Positions 56,982 through 62,609 of a stretch of DNA of 64,000 bases are shown here, piece by piece. The stretch is from positions 1 to 64,000 of IMG/VR virus record IMGVR_UViG_638276472_000001. One strand, 5' to 3'. Made by a program: the position numbers and the translations under genes. Within the stretch, counting starts at the first letter, position 1. Each line of letters starts with the position of its first letter. Under the pieces are notes generated by a model. That model saw only the letters and a program-made list of their open reading frames with translations. It did not search any database and was not told the origin of the DNA. Source of the stretch: a virus. Lineage: Duplodnaviria > Caudoviricetes.

Positions 56982-57471
56982 CCCAACCGCAATCACCATG
57001 AACAGCAACGGAAACCGGATTATCGGTGTCACTGCTCATGGTGGTATCGGGTTCGATGCCCCGCTGGTCTCGCAGATCAAGGGTAACCTATACCAGGGCG
57101 GCAACGACTTCCGCGTCCAGCTCGATCCCCGCTTCCAGCACATGATTTCGCTGTACCCGTGGGGGCGGTACCCGTTGGCGCATCCGCTGGAGACCGAGGT
57201 GTACATCACCATGTACGACTCCACCGACGAGGCCGCGCCCCAGTTGGACATCTTGGCCAACCTGGTGAATGTGTGCCGCGCTGATGGCCCCACCCTGGTC
57301 CATTGCCAAGCGGGATTAAATCGTTCGTCTCTTGTCGTGGCCCGTGCCCTGTTCCTGGGCGGGGATTTCAATGACGGCAATGAGATTGTGGACTTCATCC
57401 GTCAGCGGCGTTCCCCGGCATGCCTGTGCAATCCGCTCTTCGAAGAGAAGGTGCGCTCGTGGCAGCGTTGA
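56974..57471 (+). CDS. dual-specificity / protein-tyrosine phosphatase
   Basis: NLYQG, LVHCQAGLNRS (CX5R), NP.F. Confidence 0.9.
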   Translation: MSDPTAITMNSNGNRIIGVTAHGGIGFDAPLVSQIKGNLYQGGNDFRVQLDPRFQHMISLYPWGRYPLAHPLETEVYITMYDSTDEAAPQLDILANLVNVCRADGPTLVHCQAGLNRSSLVVARALFLGGDFNDGNEIVDFIRQRRSPACLCNPLFEEKVRSWQR

Positions 57472-57476
57472 GCCGC

Positions 57477-57707
57477 ATGGGCAAGGTGTGGGTCATCGTT
57501 GTTGGCTCTGTCGATGACTACGAGAGTTGGCATATCGACGGTGAGCATATGTACTACAGCGAGGCGCAGGCGCGTCGCCACGCACCCTTTCATGCTTTCG
57601 GCGCAAGTGGGGTGCGTCGTCCGTGGATTCACTTGCTAGAGTTGGATTTTACTGGCGGCAACATCGAATGGGCTTGGCGCGATGATATACTTGAGGGAGA
57701 CAAATGA
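57477..57707 (+). CDS. hypothetical protein
   Basis: KVWVIV....DY......Y.SE..A. Confidence 0.65.
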   Translation: MGKVWVIVVGSVDDYESWHIDGEHMYYSEAQARRHAPFHAFGASGVRRPWIHLLELDFTGGNIEWAWRDDILEGDK

Positions 57708-57862
57708 TTCCGGATGGCACCAAGCGTAAGTGCGCTGGCGGGGATCACGACATCAAGTTCTCCCGAGTGTTGGGTTGGCATCACACGTCCAAGCAGGACT
57801 GGATTGACCAGCCGCACAAGGCATCTCCCAGGAAGTACAAGCGTGTGCGACCTGAGTCATGA
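57704..57862 (+). CDS. hypothetical protein (52 aa)
   Basis: GGGAG SD, ATGA overlap; MIPDGTKRKCAGG...GWHH. Confidence 0.6.
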   Translation: MIPDGTKRKCAGGDHDIKFSRVLGWHHTSKQDWIDQPHKASPRKYKRVRPES

Positions 57863-57954
57863 GCCGATAGGCATCATTGGCGGGATCAAAGTGGTTGTGT
57901 GCAAAGACATCCCGCCCAGTGGCTTCTCCGGAATTGTAGTACCGGAGGGGTTCT

Positions 57955-58119
57955 GTGGCACGACGTGGGAAGAAGCGCAAGGGAACTCGCAAGTCGCTGA
58001 AGAAGCCACGGCTGTACGACAAGCTGCGCCGTAAGGGGTACTCCAAGGAAAAGGCAGCAAGGATTTCCAACGCGGTCGCCAACGGAACGATTGACCGCCG
58101 TAGGCGTAAGCGCCGCTAG
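57955..58119 (+). CDS. small highly basic protein (54 aa)
   Basis: GGAGGGG SD; MARRGKKRKG..SLKKPRLYDKLRRKGYSKEKAARISNA..RRRRKRR. Confidence 0.75.
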   Translation: MARRGKKRKGTRKSLKKPRLYDKLRRKGYSKEKAARISNAVANGTIDRRRRKRR

Positions 58120-58128
58120 GAGATTCCA

Positions 58129-58446
58129 ATGCCGACGAGTAGTGCCAATGGGCCACGCTCCCTTGGTCGTACAGGATCTCGCTACCTTTCAGCGCGACGA
58201 CAAGTGTTGGAAGCCAACCCGATCTGTCACCTGTGCGGGGAACTCATTGACCTGGACTTGAAGTGGCCCGATCCCATGTATGGGACGGCTGACCACATCA
58301 TTCCGGTCAAGGATCTTGCACGTGACGATCCCAGGCTCTATGACCCGAAGAACCTTAGGCCAGCACATCTTTCGTGCAATGCGCGCCGAGGTTCGACTAA
58401 GCACAAGGTGGACCACCCCAATAGTCTTGTTTTGCGCATGGGCTGA
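58129..58446 (+). CDS. HNH endonuclease (cos-packaging type)
   Basis: CHLCG, DHIIP, NLRPAH.SCN..RG. Confidence 0.88.
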   Translation: MPTSSANGPRSLGRTGSRYLSARRQVLEANPICHLCGELIDLDLKWPDPMYGTADHIIPVKDLARDDPRLYDPKNLRPAHLSCNARRGSTKHKVDHPNSLVLRMG

Positions 58447-58452
58447 TACAAT
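58442..58452 (+). promoter_or_regulatory. extended -10 promoter GCTGATACAAT
   Basis: Identical 11-mer at 7360-7370. Confidence 0.55.
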
Positions 58453-58485
58453 CAAGGTGGAAAGCTTTCCCTTTTAGGAGATATC

Positions 58486-58710
58486 ATGGCAGACGTAGAA
58501 TACCCAGAACCGGGTAAGGGACCTTTCGGTGTGACCGCACCTTCGAAGGCTCAGAAGGCTGAAGACCTGGCGAAGGTTACTGCACCAGAAGTGACTTCGG
58601 TGAATCCGGAGCCGTACACCGAGGAAGAGTTGAACCATCGCTTCAACCATGTTCCTGGCGACAGCTTCGCGGGTGACCCGGCGATCACCATTCAGGGCAT
58701 CAACGACTAA
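58486..58710 (+). CDS. hypothetical protein
   Basis: AGGAG SD; 74 aa. Confidence 0.75.
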   Translation: MADVEYPEPGKGPFGVTAPSKAQKAEDLAKVTAPEVTSVNPEPYTEEELNHRFNHVPGDSFAGDPAITIQGIND

Positions 58711-58715
58711 CAGCC

Positions 58716-58737
58716 GAAAACTGATACCGGATATGAT
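58716..58737 (+). promoter_or_regulatory. GAAAA-box promoter of the RNA operon (GAAAACTGAT-N6-TATGAT)
   Basis: Consensus match directly upstream of ncRNA/tRNA array. Confidence 0.8.
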
Positions 58738-58743
58738 GAGTAG

Positions 58744-58807
58744 GACCGAGAGACAGGGTTCACTCTCTTCCGGCTAGCAGGTCCCAGCTAGTGGTCGAAA
58801 TGGGACC
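58744..58807 (+). ncRNA. candidate three-way-junction pseudoknot RNA
   Basis: P1 GACC/GGTC, P2 GAGAG/CTCTC, P3 GCTAGC/GCTAGT, pseudoknot GGTCCCA/TGGGACC. Confidence 0.55.
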
Positions 58808-58811
58808 ATAT

Positions 58812-58882
58812 GCGCTGATAGTGTAGTGGTAACACGGCAAGCTCCAACCTTGCTATCTGGGGTTCAAGTCCTCATCAGCGTG
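58812..58882 (+). tRNA. tRNA-Trp(CCA)
   Basis: Cloverleaf; GCAAG-CTCCAAC-CTTGC; no encoded CCA. Confidence 0.92.
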
Positions 58883-58917
58883 CTTGTGCTTTTGATAACT
58901 ACATAGTGAATCTTTAT

Positions 58918-59332
58918 GGGGCTGACAGGTTTTCGATTACGTGACTAGAGAATTCGAGAAGCGTGCCAGTATGTGTTCCACTGTGATGGGCACGAACCAA
59001 TAAACGCAGTCGATACTGACGTTGACTTTGCGATGTGGGAGGCCGAACTGGCTTCCGACCTCGTTGCTGCCTGAGGGTAGCAAGTCCGTTCCGCCACAAG
59101 CCAACTGAGGGCGTGTGGATTTGGGGCGTGGTAAAACTCAGAACCACAGGGGATTAACAGCCTTTATCTGCGACCTGTTCAAAACGCACAGAGGGCAACC
59201 CGGTCGGCGGGTAACCCGTTCTAGTCCGTGGCTGATTGTGATGCTAAGCGAGGGATGAAGATTCAGCTCACTACGCACGTAGAAGGCGTATTTGATAGAC
59301 GTAAGACCCGGGTTCGATTCCCGGCAGCTCCA
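58918..59332 (+). ncRNA. ssrA: tmRNA; tag ORF 59006-59074 (A)AVDTDVDFAMWEAELASDLVAA
   Basis: GGGGCTG/CAGCTCC acceptor with G3:U70, T-arm CCGGGTTCGATTCCCGG, resume context ATAAAC-GCA, tag ending AA-stop. Confidence 0.93.
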
Positions 59333-59495
59333 CAGAGCGGAAGGTCTGGGCTCGAAAGCCCAGTCAAGAGGTGTTAGGCGTTGGAAGCGTAAACCCTTTT
59401 GGTGGTGTAAAGTCAGCACGCCCGCGTTATTCTTGCCAGGCCCGTGCTGGCGTCCAGTGAGAGAGCCCGAATGAGCGACGGGCAATGCGGGAAAT

Positions 59496-59566
59496 CAGGG
59501 TGTGGTGTAGTGGTCGCATGGCTGCCTTGGAAGCAGGCGGACGCAGTTCAATTCTGCGCACCCTGA
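59496..59566 (+). tRNA. tRNA-Pro(TGG)
   Basis: CAGGGTG/CACCCTG; loop CTTGGAA. Confidence 0.9.
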
Positions 59567-59586
59567 CGATGCGGGCTAGTTCCCGC

Positions 59587-59608
59587 GAAAACTGATGGGA
59601 GATAAGGT
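59587..59608 (+). promoter_or_regulatory. GAAAA-box promoter inside RNA operon (GAAAACTGAT-N6-TAAGGT)
   Basis: Consensus match. Confidence 0.65.
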
Positions 59609-59610
59609 CA

Positions 59611-59784
59611 ATGGCGGATACGCGTTATTACGGCACTGCTGAGTTGAGCAAGGCCGCACAGGAAAAGTTGGAAGCGAAGAAGAATCCGAAGCCGAAGGTG
59701 GCTCCACGTCCCGAACCGAAGCCGGTTGCGCCGAAGGTTGAGGCCGCGAAGCTTCCGGAGAAGCGGGACGAAAAGAAGGACTAG
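59611..59784 (+). CDS. Lys/Pro/Glu-rich small protein (57 aa)
   Basis: GGAG SD; MADTRYYGTAELSK...KPKVAPRPEPKPVAPK. Confidence 0.6.
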   Translation: MADTRYYGTAELSKAAQEKLEAKKNPKPKVAPRPEPKPVAPKVEAAKLPEKRDEKKD

Positions 59785-59890
59785 CAGTTTTCCAGTTCCC
59801 CTGCAACTCAATGGAACTGGTGGTGGAAATCAGACGGCAACTCCGTTTGGCCCTGGGCGCGCCTACCCGTCCGCAACCCGGTAGGCGACT

Positions 59891-59963
59891 CGGTCGTTAG
59901 TGAAGATGGAGATCACGCGGGCCTGAAAAACCCGAGACGCAGGTTCGATTCCTGCACGACCGG
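59891..59963 (+). tRNA. tRNA-Phe(GAA)
   Basis: CGGTCGT/ACGACCG; loop CTGAAAA. Confidence 0.9.
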
Positions 59964-59968
59964 CCTTT

Positions 59969-60045
59969 TGCGGTGTAGTGGAGTTCGGTACCATGCGAGG
60001 CTCATAACCTCTGCGACACGGGTTCAAATCCCGTCGCCGCGACCA
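59969..60045 (+). tRNA. tRNA-Met(CAT), initiator-like
   Basis: Loop CTCATAA, weak 1:72 pair, TTCAAAT T-loop, encoded CCA. Confidence 0.9.
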
Positions 60046-60061
60046 AGAATTGGGGCAAATC

Positions 60062-60148
60062 ATGCGTAAGGAATACAACGACCGTTGGACTGCTGAGCTT
60101 CGTGAGCCTTATGCCTCTGAGCAGCAGGACGACGACGAGGAAGATTGA
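60062..60148 (+). CDS. possible 28-aa acidic peptide
   Basis: MRKEYNDRWTAELREPYASEQQDDDEED fills the Met-Tyr spacer. Confidence 0.45.
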   Translation: MRKEYNDRWTAELREPYASEQQDDDEED

Positions 60149-60156
60149 AAAACTTT

Positions 60157-60238
60157 GCGTCAGACGCACATTGGGTAGTGCAGCGGTCTGTAAAACCGTC
60201 GCCTTCGGGCATTGGGGGTTCAAGTCCCTCCTGACGCA
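60157..60238 (+). tRNA. tRNA-Tyr(GTA)
   Basis: GCGTCAG/CTGACGC; loop CTGTAAA; long variable arm. Confidence 0.92.
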
Positions 60239-60311
60239 CTTTAAGGGGTTGGTACCAAACCCCTTCGGCTTAAGAGTATTTGTGCCGACTGAAACAATGG
60301 CTCCCCAAAAT

Positions 60312-60382
60312 GGGGGTATCGTATAATGGTATTACGCCTGCCCTGCAAGCAGGTCATTGGGGTTCAATTCCCCATACCTCCA
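60312..60382 (+). tRNA. tRNA-Ala(TGC)
   Basis: G3:U70; CCTGC-CCTGCAA-GCAGG (C33). Confidence 0.88.
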
Positions 60383-60437
60383 CGGGGATTCAGGTTCTCG
60401 TTCGATTCGAGATGCGACCCGTCGCTGAATCCACAAT

Positions 60438-60508
60438 GCCCGCTTAGCTCAATGGGAGAGCCACCGGCCTACACCCGGTAGACGAGAGTTCAATTCTTTC
60501 AGCGGGTA
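60438..60508 (+). tRNA. tRNA-Val(TAC)
   Basis: ACCGG-CCTACAC-CCGGT (C33). Confidence 0.88.
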
Positions 60509-60578
60509 CTAGAAAGGGAAACCTGAGCCGAGACAGGTGAAACTATCGGTAAGCCGCCCGGGGCTGGACCGGGACGAT

Positions 60579-60652
60579 GGCTCGTTATGCAAACCGGCAA
60601 AGCAGCCTGCCTTAGAAGCAGGTGTTTCAGGGTTCGACTCCCTGGCGAGCTA
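60579..60652 (+). tRNA. tRNA-Leu(TAG)
   Basis: CCTGC-CTTAGAA-GCAGG; short variable region. Confidence 0.9.
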
Positions 60653-60710
60653 CGTAGGAAGCGGTGAGAGCCCGTTCCCTTAGACCCCAGAAGGGGAGCA
60701 GAGGGTTGAT

Positions 60711-60783
60711 GGTCGTGTAGGCAAATGGCAAAGCCGCCAAGCTCAAACCTTGGTGTTTGTGGGTTCAACTCCCACCGCGACTA
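60711..60783 (+). tRNA. tRNA-Leu(CAA)
   Basis: CCAAG-CTCAAAC-CTTGG; short variable region. Confidence 0.9.
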
Positions 60784-60879
60784 CGTTTAGCCCCTAACGG
60801 GTCCGAGTCTTGGGAGTTGTCGTTCCCCAAGTCCGAGTGCTAAGCAAAAACCCCAAAGGCCAAGGGGTAACGACATTTT

Positions 60880-60952
60880 GAGGGTGAAGTGTTAACGGTA
60901 TGCACGGCTGTCTTCCAAACAGCAAGAGCGAGTTCGATTCTCGTCACCCTCA
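60880..60952 (+). tRNA. tRNA-Gly(TCC)
   Basis: GCTGT-CTTCCAA-ACAGC. Confidence 0.92.
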
Positions 60953-61028
60953 CGCGTGTTGGTCGTGATTCGTGAAACGCGACTAGGGTTGTAACCTGTT
61001 GCCGTGCACAGCAACTGAAGAACAGTAT

Positions 61029-61099
61029 GTGGACGTGATGTAATGGTAGCCTCCCCGCTTGCCAAGCAGGGTGTGCGGGTTCAATTCCCGTCGTCCGCA
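61029..61099 (+). tRNA. tRNA-Gly(GCC)
   Basis: Loop TTGCCAA; weak D stem. Confidence 0.88.
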
Positions 61100-61150
61100 C
61101 TTGCGACCTTAGGTGGGTTTGGAGGTCTGTAAACATGAGACCCACCAGCT

Positions 61151-61223
61151 GCCCCCATACCGGCGCGGTCCCCTACACCGTGAGCCGTAATGGACGATGC
61201 AGGTTCGAATCCTGTTGGGGGCG
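61151..61223 (+). tRNA. non-canonical D-armless tRNA-like RNA (nominal anticodon CCT, Arg)
   Basis: Acceptor GCCCCCA/TGGGGGC and T-arm intact; no canonical D arm. Confidence 0.6.
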
Positions 61224-61287
61224 CAAGGACCGACAGTGTTCTGATGTGGCAGAGGATAACCACAGCGCGCGCTTAACCTCTCATAAT

Positions 61288-61359
61288 TGCCCTATGGTGT
61301 AATTGACAGCACAGGTGGCTCTGAACCATCTAGTCGAGGTTTGAATCCTTGTGGGGCAG
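61288..61359 (+). tRNA. tRNA-Gln(CTG)
   Basis: T1:A72; GGTGG-CTCTGAA-CCATC. Confidence 0.9.
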
Positions 61360-61577
61360 CGCAGAGTAGGCGTGACTGCCTACTTACCGTCTCGTCAACG
61401 GCAGGCCGGTGGGAAGCCCTGAAAAGAAATATCAGCCACACAGACTTTGATTGCGCACCTCGTGAGTCTACCTTCGGCGGAAGGCAAGTCACGGGGGAGG
61501 GCGGGTCAAAAAACCCCGCGTACACTGGGGCCGGATTGGGGTCGCGCTCATGAAAGTCCTGGCGGTTGCGGGTCAAT
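61360..61577 (+). ncRNA. candidate ~215-nt multi-domain structured RNA
   Basis: Several hairpins and long-range GACTTT/AAAGTC helix between two tRNAs. Confidence 0.45.
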
Positions 61578-61649
61578 CCCGTCATAGTGTAGTGGTTAAC
61601 ACGCCAGCTTGTCACGCTGGTAGCGAGGGTTCAATTCCCTCTGGCGGGG
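61578..61649 (+). tRNA. tRNA-Asp(GTC)
   Basis: CCAGC-TTGTCAC-GCTGG. Confidence 0.92.
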
Positions 61650-61656
61650 CGTCAAT

Positions 61657-61730
61657 GGCTTTGTAGCTCAACGGTTTTAGAGCAGCTGTCTAGTAAACAG
61701 CCGACCAGGGTTCGACTCCCTGCTTAGCCT
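61657..61730 (+). tRNA. tRNA-Thr(AGT)
   Basis: GCTGT-CTAGTAA-ACAGC; two T:T mismatches in acceptor. Confidence 0.8.
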
Positions 61731-61802
61731 CGCAGAAGGTTCGCTACCTTCAAACGTCGAAACCAGGCGGGGATAACGACGTTAAACCAGGCCCCGCCCA
61801 AT

Positions 61803-61874
61803 GGGGGCGTAGTATAACGGCAATTACTGTTGGCTCTTACCCTTCAGATGGGAGTTCGACTCTCCCCGCCCTCA
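61803..61874 (+). tRNA. tRNA-Lys(CTT)
   Basis: Loop CTCTTAC; two T:T mismatches in anticodon stem. Confidence 0.85.
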
Positions 61875-61881
61875 CTTCAAT

Positions 61882-61957
61882 GCCGGTGTGACAGAACGAT
61901 TTATGTGGCAGTCTGCAAAACTGACCTAAGCGGGTTTGACTCCCGCCACCGGTTCCA
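61882..61957 (+). tRNA. tRNA-Cys(GCA)
   Basis: Loop CTGCAAA; U73; encoded CCA. Confidence 0.9.
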
Positions 61958-61959
61958 AT

Positions 61960-62031
61960 TGGCCCGTAGTTCAACGGTAAGAACGGATCGCTGATAACGA
62001 TCAGACAAGAGTTCAACTCTCTTCGGGCCAA
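61960..62031 (+). tRNA. tRNA-Ile(GAT)
   Basis: GATCG-CTGATAA-CGATC. Confidence 0.92.
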
Positions 62032-62138
62032 CGTTTAAGGTCGAAGCCGCAAAAGGCTAGTGATGCCAGGTAACTGGGTTAAGCACCGATGTGGGGTGTC
62101 CGTAACGAATCGACCTGGGGCAGTTACCCCACTTCAAT

Positions 62139-62211
62139 GCCCGTGTAGCTCAGTGGATAGAGCCGTGGCCTACGAAGCCATGGGCCGGGGGTTCGAATCC
62201 CTCCACGGGTA
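62139..62211 (+). tRNA. tRNA-Arg(ACG)
   Basis: Loop CTACGAA; canonical cloverleaf. Confidence 0.93.
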
Positions 62212-62236
62212 CGTCAGGGCCTAGTAATGGCCCTTT

Positions 62237-62318
62237 GGAGAGTGATGCAACAGGGTGGTTGCACTCGCCTGCTAAGCGATGTGTCTGCAAGGATCACGTT
62301 CAACTCGTGCTCTCTCCG
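62237..62318 (+). tRNA. tRNA-Ser(GCT)
   Basis: Loop CTGCTAA; variable arm; G73. Confidence 0.85.
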
Positions 62319-62320
62319 CT

Positions 62321-62394
62321 GTGTCTGTAGCTCAATGGTAGAGCCTCCCGCTGTGACCGGGACGACGACGGGTCAGAACCGTCCAGACACCCCA
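62321..62394 (+). tRNA. tRNA-His(GTG)
   Basis: TCCCG-CTGTGAC-CGGGA; C73, encoded CCA; atypical T-loop; no encoded G-1. Confidence 0.85.
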
Positions 62395-62454
62395 CTTGGT
62401 TTCCTTAGACGCCAGAGGAACGTAAGCAGTCACAGGGGCGAGACTGGCCATAAT

Positions 62455-62539
62455 GGAGGGTAACGCCGGAAGGTACCGGCAGCGGTGTCGAATACCGTGT
62501 GGGTAGCCAATCCCAGGAGTTCAAGTCTTCTGCCCTTCG
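62455..62539 (+). tRNA. tRNA-Ser(CGA)
   Basis: GCGGT-GTCGAAT-ACCGT; long variable arm. Confidence 0.87.
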
Positions 62540-62609
62540 CGTGCGTGACCAAAAGACATGACGAAACCCGGCACCCCTCGACAATGCCGGATCTCGTTCT
62601 GTCACAGTG

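Noticed and set aside
57714-58034. 106-aa ORF from the track
   Set aside because: Two smaller ORFs with proper SDs (57704 and 57955) explain the region better
58733-58800. TGATGAG...GAAA resembling a hammerhead ribozyme core
   Set aside because: Lacks CTGA and the correct stem order; TATGAT is better explained as the -10 element
60312-60382. Reading this tRNA as Cys(GCA)
   Set aside because: The 5-bp stem centres TGC and G3:U70 marks Ala; a true Cys gene is at 61882
60655-60680. Cobalamin-riboswitch-like AGGAAGCGGTGAGAGCCCG
   Set aside because: Only a T-loop-like hairpin; the B12 box and remaining core are absent and no gene follows
59333-62600. HDV-like (theta) or pistol ribozymes after tRNAs
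   Set aside because: I could not fit their nested pseudoknots or conserved cores by eye; a motif search is still needed
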